From assembly GCA_964350165.1 (NCBI GenBank), contig CAYGJA010000001.1, forward strand, positions 312,377 through 376,376: 64,000 nucleotides of DNA, read 5' to 3'. Position numbers and translations under genes: made by a program. The stretch is from an uncultured Candidatus Saccharibacteria bacterium (GTDB taxonomy: Bacteria; Patescibacteriota; Minisyncoccia; Phycocordibacterales; UBA1006). Positions 29,400-38,646 of the stretch are shown here, piece after piece. The notes beneath the pieces were generated by a model that was given only the letters and a program-made list of their open reading frames with translations, was not told where the DNA came from and did no database searches. Positions within the stretch are counted from its first letter, which is position 1. Each line of letters starts with the position of its first letter.

Positions 29400-31016
29400 T
29401 TACTGGGCAGATTCGAGAGTAACCTTTTCTCCTATTTTAACGCCACGCACATCGGTAATGATTTTCGTATCCAACGACAAACCTTCGTACACCAGCACTC
29501 TATCCCCCACAACGGGACCAACCTCAACCGATACCGCCTCGGTAATTCCATCTTCATTTATAGTTAACACAGAAAAACCATCAGCCAGAACCTTGAGAGC
29601 AGCCAAAGGAACTAATACTTGTTCAGGGTCTTCTAGTGAGCGCTGAATGGATATTTTTACTGTCTGACCATCAGTCAGTCCAACAGTAGTGTTGGGTAAA
29701 ATTTTGACTTCGATTTTTTGAGTAGCCGCGTCTATGGTTGGAGCAACCTGAATCACCTCACCAGGAATAGCGCTTGAGCCAATGGTCACCAAAGACCCTT
29801 TTCCCACAAATTCTATTTCTGAATCATTCAAATAAGCAATTATCTCCAAAGCTTGGCCATTAGCAATCAAGGCAACTGGCTCCAGCATTGAAACAAAATC
29901 CCCTGTCTCAATATCTAGACGAGTAACCACTCCATCAATCGGCGCGGATATGGTTGTTTTTGCGAGATTCAATTGAGCAGAACGAAGAGCGGCTTCGGCT
30001 TGTGCCACGGAAGCTTGGGCGGTGGTATTGCCAGTCAGGCTCGACTGATTAGTCTGCTCTGCAGAAATCTGCACAGCTGTTTCAGCCTGAACCAACCCAC
30101 CACGCACACCGGACAGCGAGTTAACAACCCCATTTACAATACTTCTCGAACCACTAGCAGCGGCTCTCCAGGCTGTAATCTGAGCCGCGCTCAAAGATTC
30201 CGATCCTTGCGCCCCAAGAGAGGCAGTTACCAAACTAGACAAAAAAACTCGCACCTGTTCTGCATACCCCTCAGCGATATTCAAATCAGACGCAGACACG
30301 GATTCGTCACTGAGTCCTTCTATCGATAATTTCCATTGAGCAAGAATCTTGGTTATGTTTTGACGCTCTGCTCCTAGTCTTTCACCTAACTGTTGATTAT
30401 TGCTAACAACAAAAGCCAATGCAGGATTCGTTGTTTCTGGATTAAAAAACAAAGTATCTGCTTGTCCTCGAACAGCATCATCAACCTGAGCATAAGCTGT
30501 TTTTATCGCATTCAATGCGGCAATCTTTGCTTCTCGTAATACCTGCTCTGCATTTTCCAAACCGACCTGGTTAAGTGTCTGTGAGGTTCCAATTGCGGCT
30601 CTAGCAGCCGTAACTGCCGCTTGTGCTTGTGCAACACCTGCAACCTGGGTGGCGTTTTCTATGGTGGCAATGACTTGCCCCCGCTGAACACGCTGTCCTT
30701 CGGTCACCCGAACCGATGTCACTCTTCCCTGTGCTTCTGTTCGCAAAGTTGCTTCTGATTGCGAAGAAACCTCACCCAAAATCCGAATTGGGTCTTTGTT
30801 TTGGCTAAGCTCTCTCACTGAGGCAACGCTTACTTGGTTGGGACGATAATCATCAACCAGTTCGGTGGTGTTTGCGGGTGCGCCCATTTTTGAACCCAAA
30901 AAGAAACCGCCGACTATTAAAATAGTCAAAAAACCACCCACAATAATCTTGTTCTTTAAAGAAAGATGTTTCACATCTTTCCAGAGCCTATGCAAATAGA
31001 AATTTTTCTGAGTCAT
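29400..31016 (-). CDS. efflux RND periplasmic adaptor (membrane fusion protein, HlyD-like) with long coiled-coil
   Basis: N-terminal TM, a long A/Q-rich hairpin and a beta-barrel C-domain. Stop is 1 nt from the RND start. Confidence 0.7.
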   Translation of the reverse strand: MTQKNFYLHRLWKDVKHLSLKNKIIVGGFLTILIVGGFFLGSKMGAPANTTELVDDYRPNQVSVASVRELSQNKDPIRILGEVSSQSEATLRTEAQGRVTSVRVTEGQRVQRGQVIATIENATQVAGVAQAQAAVTAARAAIGTSQTLNQVGLENAEQVLREAKIAALNAIKTAYAQVDDAVRGQADTLFFNPETTNPALAFVVSNNQQLGERLGAERQNITKILAQWKLSIEGLSDESVSASDLNIAEGYAEQVRVFLSSLVTASLGAQGSESLSAAQITAWRAAASGSRSIVNGVVNSLSGVRGGLVQAETAVQISAEQTNQSSLTGNTTAQASVAQAEAALRSAQLNLAKTTISAPIDGVVTRLDIETGDFVSMLEPVALIANGQALEIIAYLNDSEIEFVGKGSLVTIGSSAIPGEVIQVAPTIDAATQKIEVKILPNTTVGLTDGQTVKISIQRSLEDPEQVLVPLAALKVLADGFSVLTINEDGITEAVSVEVGPVVGDRVLVYEGLSLDTKIITDVRGVKIGEKVTLESAQ

Positions 31017-31072
31017 TATATTATAAGGAGACTACGGATACAGGGACCATAGTAGTGGACCAAAAATGAATG

Positions 31073-31726
31073 TCAATCTTTTGTGGTCAATATCACGCTC
31101 TCGATAACGGCTCGATCGGGCAAGTCCGTTGCCGCATAGAAATCTTTTCCAGCTACTGCGTAAGAACCACTAAAAACAAAAACACTTCCTTCTGAAGTCT
31201 GGACCAAGAGGCTTGTTCCATTGTGACTAATATTGCTAGAAATATTAGTTTCTCTAAGATCAGCGTACGCGCTCCCTACACCAATTCCAAGATTAGTCTT
31301 GAAACGAGAAGATAGTATTTCTATGCTTTTTACTCGACAGACATCCTCAATACTACAAACGGGAACAATCCGAAGCAACGGCACCGAGTCAACATCGTGA
31401 GCCACATATTCTTCGAACAAGGCGCCATTCTGACGGGTCAACAACACATCAATCCACCAAGGACTGGCACTTGTTTTTATGTCAGATATCAACATACCAA
31501 GCCGCAACGGCCCAGCATTTTCAGCATCAAAAAAATACTCTTCCGGGATGTTCTTTGCCGAACTAAACATCGACGAGACTGCCTGCTCCTCAAAAATAGG
31601 ATGAACCTCTTGAGAAAAAAAGCCTCTCGTTATTCCTCGATATACACCAAAAACAATCCCTGTCACAACCAGAACGGATACAATAAACCTCAGTAATGAT
31701 TGTAGTGTATTCTTCATGGTTCTCAT
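31073..31726 (-). CDS. hypothetical membrane-anchored protein (217 aa)
   Basis: N-terminal TM helix. Immediately downstream of the histidine kinase. Confidence 0.45.
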   Translation of the reverse strand: MRTMKNTLQSLLRFIVSVLVVTGIVFGVYRGITRGFFSQEVHPIFEEQAVSSMFSSAKNIPEEYFFDAENAGPLRLGMLISDIKTSASPWWIDVLLTRQNGALFEEYVAHDVDSVPLLRIVPVCSIEDVCRVKSIEILSSRFKTNLGIGVGSAYADLRETNISSNISHNGTSLLVQTSEGSVFVFSGSYAVAGKDFYAATDLPDRAVIESVILTTKD

Positions 31727-31743
31727 TTTAATAATGATACTTC

Positions 31744-33465
31744 CTAGAATAGTGGTAACGACAAGCGAACAGCTACTTCGTTCTTCTCGCTAGTTATCAT
31801 AATGGTACCACCATGCGCTTCAACATAAAAACGAGCCACCGAAAGTCCAACCCCCGATCGATTTGGTTGCTTGCGAATCGCAAGCTCTCCCCGATAAAAC
31901 AAATCAAAAACTTTTGCTTTTTCATTATCTGGCAAACCAATTCCTTCATTTTTTATACCAATAACAACCGAGCCTTCTTCGGAGGAAAGCCTGATCGTTA
32001 TTTTTTGACCCAAGTCACTATAATCCAAAGCATTCTCTAGAATCTTGGCAAAAGCAATTTGTATTTTTTCTATATCTCCTTCTAGAAAAAAAACTTCCGG
32101 CTTATCTCCGACTAACTGGAATTTTCTTTTTTTTAATCGAGCATCGAGTCGGTGTATTTCGGGTAATATGAAATCAGCCACGGTAAATGTTTCTTTTCGC
32201 AACGGCAGACTATGCCCATCCAGAATAGCCATGCCGGCCATCACGTCTCGTAAAACAGCAATCATTCGGTCAGATGCTTGTTGCATTCCAGTAACCAGTG
32301 CTTCTTGTTGTGGCTTGAGTTCACCAACCTCTTCTTCTTGAAGTGTTTCTATTGCCCATTTTACAACATTGAGTGGTGTGTTGAATTGGTGACTTAACAC
32401 ATTCAAAAATCTATTTTTTTGTTCCAACAAATCAGCCTGCTTTCGAAGACTTTCTTTTTCACCGGTAATATCAATCATCATTCCGAGCACACTTACACTC
32501 TGACTACGTTCGTCATTTGCCGCTAGAGTAATTAGTCGAAACCACGACACCGAGCCATCAGGAAGCATGTTCTTTATTTCTTTATCTAGCCCGTCACCAT
32601 CCTGAGAAATTCTTTTTATTTCCGAAACAAGCTCACCACCCTTTTCTACTCGAGCAAACCAATTTGTAATGCTTTTTATTTCTTTAGAATTTAATTGTAG
32701 TTTTTCTGCAAGAATAGGGCTCACCTCTACTACCCAAACATTTTCATTTCGAATACTAAGCTGAAACAAGACAGCGTCTTTTGTCCTAGAAATAAATTCA
32801 CGCAAATGAGTGTTTCTTTCTGATAACGACAAAGCCAAACCGTCTGCACTTTTTGCCAGTAGCATGCTTTGCACAAAATCTCGTCGAGAAAAATATTCAA
32901 TCATGTATGAAGCAAACATTCCACTAACATTTGCAGCTATCAAAAAAACGTTATTAATCAAAAAGACTTCAGCATCAAGGTGGACCACGAACAATGCGAT
33001 GATTTCATAAAACAAAATCATGCCCAATCCAGCTCGAACCATCCACAGATAGCGCAACCTGAGAACTGTGTAGCCGTACAATAAAAAGAGAATCATACCG
33101 ATAAAATAAACAGAGCCCAAATAACTGGCGTCATCAACAATAATTGCAATGTTGGTGACGCCAGCAATGAGCATGGCAAAAGCAGCCGCCGGCTGAACGA
33201 TTCTCCACTCTTTTGTATAGGACAGAAGAACCAGAAAAAGTGTAAAAGGAGCCATTGTAATCAAACGAATCGACCACATTCGCCAATGGTCACCTGGGAA
33301 CAAATAATAATCCAATGCCCCCAAAAGCATGAATAAAAAAACCGCCATTAATAACGAGACTCGGATGTGCTGCAGGTTTTGTAAATAATGTGCTTCTACA
33401 TATTTGGCTTCGTTTTTCTTATCAACAAAACGTAACGATAATCTGTCAAAGAGAACTCCATGCAT
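31744..33465 (-). CDS. membrane sensor histidine kinase (orphan; no cognate response regulator adjacent)
   Basis: Multiple N-terminal TM helices, H-box LSHQFNTPLNVV, and a C-terminal HATPase (GLPDNEKAKVFDLFYRG...GVGLSVARFYVEAHGGTIMI). Longest ORF starts at 33540 but would translate a palindromic hairpin; the ATG at 33463-33465 (MHGVLFDRLSL...) is preferred. Confidence 0.75.
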   Translation of the reverse strand: MHGVLFDRLSLRFVDKKNEAKYVEAHYLQNLQHIRVSLLMAVFLFMLLGALDYYLFPGDHWRMWSIRLITMAPFTLFLVLLSYTKEWRIVQPAAAFAMLIAGVTNIAIIVDDASYLGSVYFIGMILFLLYGYTVLRLRYLWMVRAGLGMILFYEIIALFVVHLDAEVFLINNVFLIAANVSGMFASYMIEYFSRRDFVQSMLLAKSADGLALSLSERNTHLREFISRTKDAVLFQLSIRNENVWVVEVSPILAEKLQLNSKEIKSITNWFARVEKGGELVSEIKRISQDGDGLDKEIKNMLPDGSVSWFRLITLAANDERSQSVSVLGMMIDITGEKESLRKQADLLEQKNRFLNVLSHQFNTPLNVVKWAIETLQEEEVGELKPQQEALVTGMQQASDRMIAVLRDVMAGMAILDGHSLPLRKETFTVADFILPEIHRLDARLKKRKFQLVGDKPEVFFLEGDIEKIQIAFAKILENALDYSDLGQKITIRLSSEEGSVVIGIKNEGIGLPDNEKAKVFDLFYRGELAIRKQPNRSGVGLSVARFYVEAHGGTIMITSEKNEVAVRLSLPLF

Positions 33466-33478
33466 TCTTCTTTGGAAC

Positions 33479-33521
33479 AAAGCAAAAAAACGCGAGCCAG
33501 GCTCACGTTTTTTTGCTTTGT
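33479..33521. terminator. ~19-bp hairpin with A-tract and T-tract between the secreted-protein gene and the histidine kinase
   Basis: aaagcaaaaaaacgcgagcc-a-ggctcacgtttttttgcttt with one wobble or mismatch. It reads as KAKKREPGSRFFALF on both strands, which explains a mirror-image ORF pair in the track. Confidence 0.5.
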
Positions 33522-33549
33522 TTGTATTCAAAAAATACATACCTAAAAA

Positions 33550-34287
33550 TTACTTTTTAGGAGCGGCTTTTTTGGTGGTTTTTTTGGTTGCTGGTTTTGT
33601 GGTCGCCTTGGTTGCCGCCTTTCGTCGGGTGGTTTTTTTGGTTGCTGGTTTTACTTGAGGTTTTTTGAGTTCTTTCATTGCCTTGGCAAAGTCACTACGA
33701 TGACGAATTACTTCGTACAAAACCACTAATGCAATCAAAAATGACAAACTAACAAACCAGGCCAGCAAAAATCCTATTGGGGATTTTTCTGGGGTCATCT
33801 CGGGAACAGTCACCGTGCCAGTAAAACGGTCGTACTGCATATCAACCCCCACCACTTCTATTACCACAGCATAATCTCCCGGCTCCAACCCCCTTAGGAC
33901 ATAGCGATGCTCAGTAGATAGTTCTCCACTAGTAAGACGTTGTTGCACAAGCTGATCCGGGTATCCAGCCCCCTCTCGATACAGCACCGTCACTGCCCCT
34001 GCGGACAAACGATTAGTTTGCCAAGTGAGTTCGGTCGAGCCATTTGCGTGCTTTGTGCTCTTTACTCCACTAATAACGATATCTGGAGCTTCGGTGACAG
34101 TCTGAGATTCTTCTGGGGCTAGGTCTATTTCTTCGGAGGCAACAGAGGTAACGACAGCGGCCGCACCTTCAGCATCGTCAGCGACTACTTCTTGGGCAGA
34201 AACAAAAGAAACAGGCAAAACCAATAACAAAACAGCGATTAATTTTAAAAGTGTGTACATAGAAAAAGAGCGATTAGCAAACAACAT
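33550..34287 (-). CDS. secreted/membrane-anchored protein with C-terminal TM helix and Lys-rich histone-H1-like tail
   Basis: Signal peptide, beta-rich ectodomain, TM helix (IGFLLAWFVSLSFLIALVVL), then KPATKKTTRRKAATKATTKPATKKTTKKAAPKK, encoded by ~25-bp tandem DNA repeats at 33556-33660. Confidence 0.5.
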   Translation of the reverse strand: MLFANRSFSMYTLLKLIAVLLLVLPVSFVSAQEVVADDAEGAAAVVTSVASEEIDLAPEESQTVTEAPDIVISGVKSTKHANGSTELTWQTNRLSAGAVTVLYREGAGYPDQLVQQRLTSGELSTEHRYVLRGLEPGDYAVVIEVVGVDMQYDRFTGTVTVPEMTPEKSPIGFLLAWFVSLSFLIALVVLYEVIRHRSDFAKAMKELKKPQVKPATKKTTRRKAATKATTKPATKKTTKKAAPKK

Positions 34288-34345
34288 ATGTTTCAATTAT
34301 AGAACCCTGACAAATATTATGCTGGAGCCCCTGTTAACATCCTTT

Positions 34346-35203
34346 TTATTTTTGACATTCAGAACACCAGTGTGTTCCCCTGCCTGCTAGTTTCTCTTTT
34401 TGAACGATTCCTCCGCAACGCAAACAAGATTGCCCTTCTCGCTGGAAAACTTGCAAAAATCGAGAATAGCCCCCTTTTCCCTCAGTCGTATCCATAAAAT
34501 TATAAAAAGTAGTCCCCCCTTCGCGAATAGAATCCAGCAATACTTGACGACAAGCTTCGAACAAATCTTTTTGCTCTGCTCTGTTCAAATTACCAGCAAT
34601 GCGCTGCGGAGCTATTTTTGCTCGAAAACAAGCCTCGTCGACATAAATATTCCCAAGACCTGCTAGGTATTTTTGATTTAATAAAAAAGCCTTGATGCTT
34701 GTTTTTTTATGTTTGAGAATTTTTTGAAAATGCCCAAAATCATATTGCTCAGAAATTGGCTCAACACCAAATTTATTTTTTTCTTTTTCAACCTCAACCA
34801 AACTAGCTATTTTAAAATAGCCAAACTTGCGCATGTCGTTAAAGTACAATCGCGACTTATCCTCAAATTCGACGACGACGTGAGTATGCTTGTGTGGCAA
34901 TTCCAAATCACTCTTTGCCAATGTGTGCCCTCCCCCCGCCAGGCTTCCTTGATCTGAAAAAATAAGCTGTCCCGTCATTTTGAGATGACACAAAACAAAA
35001 ATATCTGGCTTTGAAGTTCTAAAAATAAGCAGTTTCCCTACTCGCTCAACCGCAACAAACTCTAACCCTCGTAATTTGGTAGAGATTTTTGTATCAAAAT
35101 TTACAATTTTATTCGGCTCGGCTTGCACAGACTGAATCTTTTTTCCTAGAATTCGCTGTTGCAATTGAAGCCGCACCACTTCTACTTCGGGGAGCTCTGG
35201 CAT
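34346..35203 (-). CDS. mutM: formamidopyrimidine-DNA glycosylase (Fpg/Nei family)
   Basis: Begins MPELPEVE (catalytic Pro2) from the ATG at 35201-35203. C-terminal zinc finger CLRCGGIVQKEKLAGRGTHWCSECQ. Confidence 0.85.
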   Translation of the reverse strand: MPELPEVEVVRLQLQQRILGKKIQSVQAEPNKIVNFDTKISTKLRGLEFVAVERVGKLLIFRTSKPDIFVLCHLKMTGQLIFSDQGSLAGGGHTLAKSDLELPHKHTHVVVEFEDKSRLYFNDMRKFGYFKIASLVEVEKEKNKFGVEPISEQYDFGHFQKILKHKKTSIKAFLLNQKYLAGLGNIYVDEACFRAKIAPQRIAGNLNRAEQKDLFEACRQVLLDSIREGGTTFYNFMDTTEGKGGYSRFLQVFQREGQSCLRCGGIVQKEKLAGRGTHWCSECQK

Positions 35204-35219
35204 ACCCAAGCACTGTACG

Positions 35220-35696
35220 TTATTTTTTCAGGTCGGCAATATCCGCCAACACTTCATCGGCATGGACATCTGGCTTTACCTTTGGATAGACTTTGGCGAC
35301 AGCTCCATCTGGACCAATCAAGTACGACATGCGCTGAATACCGAGAAAACTCTTCCCAAACATGCTTTTTTCTTTAAAGGCACCGTATTCTTGGAGTACT
35401 TTTTTCTCGGTATCTGCCAATAATGGAAACGGGAGATTGTGCTTGTCTGCGAATTTTTGATGACTTTCGGTGGTGTCCGCACTAACACCCAAAACCACAA
35501 CTCCAGCAGTCTTGAATTCGGTCCAAGCATCACGAATCATGCAGGCTTCTTTGGTGCAGCCAGGAGTGTCGTCTTTTGGGTAAAAATACAAGAGTACCCA
35601 ACGACCACGGTAGTCACTCAGTTGATGGGTTACACCCGCTTGATCTTGTAATTGAAAATCTACGGCCTGTTCTCCTACTTTTATCATATACACCAT
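35220..35696 (-). CDS. bcp: peroxiredoxin Bcp (thiol peroxidase)
   Basis: (M)IKVGEQAVDFQL...VLLYFYPKDDTPGCTKEAC. Track start is TTG; an ATG at codon 8 or 11 is used. Confidence 0.8.
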   Translation of the reverse strand: MVYMIKVGEQAVDFQLQDQAGVTHQLSDYRGRWVLLYFYPKDDTPGCTKEACMIRDAWTEFKTAGVVVLGVSADTTESHQKFADKHNLPFPLLADTEKKVLQEYGAFKEKSMFGKSFLGIQRMSYLIGPDGAVAKVYPKVKPDVHADEVLADIADLKK

Positions 35697-35700
35697 GGTA

Positions 35701-36357
35701 TCACAGCGACCAATCAATCGGTTCCAAACTGCGCTCCATCAACCAGGTATTAGTTTTTGAAAAATGACCACACCCAAAAAAACCTCGGTGGGCTGACAGA
35801 GGTGATGGGTGCGGAGCCTCTAGCACCAAGTGCTTATCTCGATTAATATGTTTTCCTTTTTTTTGAGCATGAGCCCCCCACAACAAAAAAACCAAATCTT
35901 TTTTTGTGTCATTCAAAACAGCTATCACCTGATCAGTAAATTCTTCCCACCCAATTCCGACATGCGAAGCTGGACGACCAGCCTCGACGGTCAGAACGGT
36001 ATTCAACAACAACACCCCCTGCCCAGCCCAGCTATTCAGACATCCAGAAACAGGAACATCACCGCCAATGTCATCCTTTATTTCCTTAAAAATATTTCTG
36101 AGTGATGGCGGTATTTGCACACCAGACAAAACCGAGAAAGCCAAACCATGAGCCTGACCAAGACCATGATAAGGATCCTGCCCTAGAATAATTACGCGCA
36201 CTTTTTCCAATGGAGTCATATCCAAAGCAGAAAAAACGAGATCCTCCTCCGGGTAAACAACCTTCCCAGCCTTTCGTTCCGCGGCCACAAAATCAGTAGC
36301 GGATTGAAAATATGGTTTTTGTTTTTCAATCTGAAAAAATTCTTGCCAAGAAACCAT
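35701..36357 (-). CDS. ung: uracil-DNA glycosylase (family 1)
   Basis: ILGQDPYHG...GQAHGLAFSV water-activating loop, and the C-terminal HPSPLSA motif. Confidence 0.85.
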   Translation of the reverse strand: MVSWQEFFQIEKQKPYFQSATDFVAAERKAGKVVYPEEDLVFSALDMTPLEKVRVIILGQDPYHGLGQAHGLAFSVLSGVQIPPSLRNIFKEIKDDIGGDVPVSGCLNSWAGQGVLLLNTVLTVEAGRPASHVGIGWEEFTDQVIAVLNDTKKDLVFLLWGAHAQKKGKHINRDKHLVLEAPHPSPLSAHRGFFGCGHFSKTNTWLMERSLEPIDWSL

Positions 36358-36378
36358 AAAAAAAGAAAGTATCGAAAG

Positions 36379-37209
36379 CTAATCAGCGTGCTCTTCCAGG
36401 TGGTGGTCATGCCCATCTTCTGCATGACTATGTCCAGCCAATTGGCCAGTCATCACCATGAGCAACAAACCAAGCAAAAAAGCAGCTATGTGAGCCGTGT
36501 ACTTGTCATGCTTGCGCCCATGTCGCACCGAATGTGGCACCAGGTCCTTGAGGGCAATATACAAAAAAGCACCACCCGCGACAGCTAGCAACGGACCCTC
36601 TAGATCATGCACCAATTCGGCCGCCACAAAAGCAATTGCAACCCCAATAAAAATAGTCAAAGAAGATAGCCCATTCAAAAACAAGGCTCTTTTTGTGGTA
36701 TATCCAGCCTCCTTGAACACAATAAACTCAGAAATCTCCTGGACAATTTCGTGAAGCCAAATAGCCAGCACTGTAAAAAACCCAAACTCGACCCCCACCA
36801 AAAAAGCCGGCACCAACAACATGCCGTCAACAATATTGTGAATGGAATCCCCCACCAGCATACGCTTGGCGGTACCAGTCTGTGGTTTGCAATCTACACA
36901 GTGGTCGTCGCTTTCTTCGCGATGATAATGATGCTCTGGCCAAGCCAATGAAAGAAGGTGAAAAAAAACAACACTACCCAAAAAATAAAAAATCGCCTCC
37001 ACGGCCGAAATCAATTCGAGCGCCTCGAGAACAACGCTTCCGCCAGCAATAATAAAAACCCCCGCTGCAAAAGAAACCAGCACTGCCTGATATTTGCGAT
37101 AGCCCTTTTGGAATAATTTGGCAGTAAGCAGGACTCCCGAAAAACTAGTAGCTGCGATTATCGTAGCTGCCGCCAGCACATAGAAAATTATCATTGACGA
37201 TTCGTTCAT
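36379..37209 (-). CDS. ZIP-family metal (zinc) transporter, ZupT-like, with His-rich C-tail
   Basis: Eight TM helices, HNIVDG and HEIVQE motifs, C-terminal HSHAEDGHDHHLEEHAD. Confidence 0.55.
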   Translation of the reverse strand: MNESSMIIFYVLAAATIIAATSFSGVLLTAKLFQKGYRKYQAVLVSFAAGVFIIAGGSVVLEALELISAVEAIFYFLGSVVFFHLLSLAWPEHHYHREESDDHCVDCKPQTGTAKRMLVGDSIHNIVDGMLLVPAFLVGVEFGFFTVLAIWLHEIVQEISEFIVFKEAGYTTKRALFLNGLSSLTIFIGVAIAFVAAELVHDLEGPLLAVAGGAFLYIALKDLVPHSVRHGRKHDKYTAHIAAFLLGLLLMVMTGQLAGHSHAEDGHDHHLEEHAD

Positions 37210-37302
37210 ATGAGGTTGATTATAGCCAATAATACCAATATTGTCTGGTCTTTTTTAGATATTTTTTTCTTTTTGAAAAATTCTAGATTCGAGAATCTTA
37301 AA

Positions 37303-37833
37303 CTAGAGGCTCTCTTCCCATTCAACGGCAGCTGTTATCATTGGTTGAATTTTTTTTCCTTTTTCTGAATCATAAGCCCTGTAGTCATTAGGATATTTTT
37401 CATAAAGCTCTCGCTTAATCTGAACATATTTATCAAACATATCCTTGTGCGCTCGAAGATAATTGCGAAAAGCCAAAATTGGCCTTATAGCAGAAGACCC
37501 TCTGGGTAGAACGTGAATGCTGAAAGTTCGAAATCCTTGCTCATTATCTTTTGTAAAATATTCTTCGCCAATACCAGTGTAGTTACCCCTGCAAACAAAA
37601 CCAAGTTCTTCCATTTTTTTATAGAAATCAACAACAACAGATAAATCCTTAACTATAATCATAATATCTATCTGTGGCTTAGCAAACATTCCGACCAGAG
37701 AAGTGCTTCCGATGTGCTCGATGGCAACAACCTCTTTGCCAAAAATTTTCCGCAACAAAAGACTCTCTGCTTGAAAATCCAAAGCCCACTGATCATCATA
37801 TTCAACTAGTCTATAAGGTCTCGCTTTTGTCAT
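37303..37833 (-). CDS. GrpB-family (UPF0157) nucleotidyltransferase-fold protein
   Basis: IEHIGSTSLVGMFAKPQIDIMIIV signature. 176 aa. Confidence 0.6.
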   Translation of the reverse strand: MTKARPYRLVEYDDQWALDFQAESLLLRKIFGKEVVAIEHIGSTSLVGMFAKPQIDIMIIVKDLSVVVDFYKKMEELGFVCRGNYTGIGEEYFTKDNEQGFRTFSIHVLPRGSSAIRPILAFRNYLRAHKDMFDKYVQIKRELYEKYPNDYRAYDSEKGKKIQPMITAAVEWEESL

Positions 37834-37887
37834 GGAGCTTTTAAAATTTTTTTATGTGACTCTGAGTATACATCAAAACAAAAGATA

Positions 37888-38646
37888 CTACCATCTCGAA
37901 ATCTCCCCCACCACCGCTCTGTGGTCGCTGATATTGGGTACGAGCGTGACATCACTGGCAACGAACTCTTTTGGTGTCCAAACATAATCCACCATATATT
38001 GTTGAATCGCCGGCACCTTTTTCCAAGCTCGATGCAATGGATCCAAACTGCAAGTATATTCTTTTGGAATAGCATCCGCATAACCAGCCTCGACGAACAA
38101 TTTATAGTTTGTGTTGTATCCGCGTGGAATATTAAAATCACCACACAACACCATCGGTGGCATCTCGGCAAGCATGGCCAGGAGTTTTTGGGTGTGCCTG
38201 GTCTGAACTTCATTTTCTACTCCTTTTGGGACGACGGTATGATGCAAGGTGCCAATTTGCATCACTTGATTATCCTGATCAGCAACTTCTACCCACAAGA
38301 CAGCATGATGGGAACAATGTTCATAAGAACTAAACCTATCCGCCGAATCAAATACCGGCAAGACATTCCCAGCCAGATGATAGTAAAACAGCCCTCCCTT
38401 TTGGGGGGTTGTTTTGGAAAGAATAGCAATTCCACGCATATCTAACTGGCCATTCGTGCTCCGAGGATGCTGGTCGTGCGGAACAACCATCGCTTGATAT
38501 CCGAGTTCTGCCCCGATCTGATAGGCATCAGACACAAAGACCTCCTGTAGACAGATAGCGTCCGCCTCTGCATCAATCAAAAAATCCCGGACTCGGTCCA
38601 GGTGGCGATCGCCTTCACAATTTAGACTTACCAGCGACAATGACAT
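37888..38646 (-). CDS. endonuclease/exonuclease/phosphatase family protein (exodeoxyribonuclease III-like)
   Basis: MSLSLVSLNCEG...ADAICLQEV N-terminus and a C-terminal SDHRAV catalytic His region. 252 aa. Confidence 0.6.
   Translation of the reverse strand: MSLSLVSLNCEGDRHLDRVRDFLIDAEADAICLQEVFVSDAYQIGAELGYQAMVVPHDQHPRSTNGQLDMRGIAILSKTTPQKGGLFYYHLAGNVLPVFDSADRFSSYEHCSHHAVLWVEVADQDNQVMQIGTLHHTVVPKGVENEVQTRHTQKLLAMLAEMPPMVLCGDFNIPRGYNTNYKLFVEAGYADAIPKEYTCSLDPLHRAWKKVPAIQQYMVDYVWTPKEFVASDVTLVPNISDHRAVVGEISRW

Noticed and set aside
33556-33660. Short direct repeats that could be taken for a CRISPR array
   Set aside because: Only two ~25-bp copies, inside a coding region encoding a Lys-rich tail. 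No spacer-repeat periodicity and no cas genes. No CRISPR array is present in the window.
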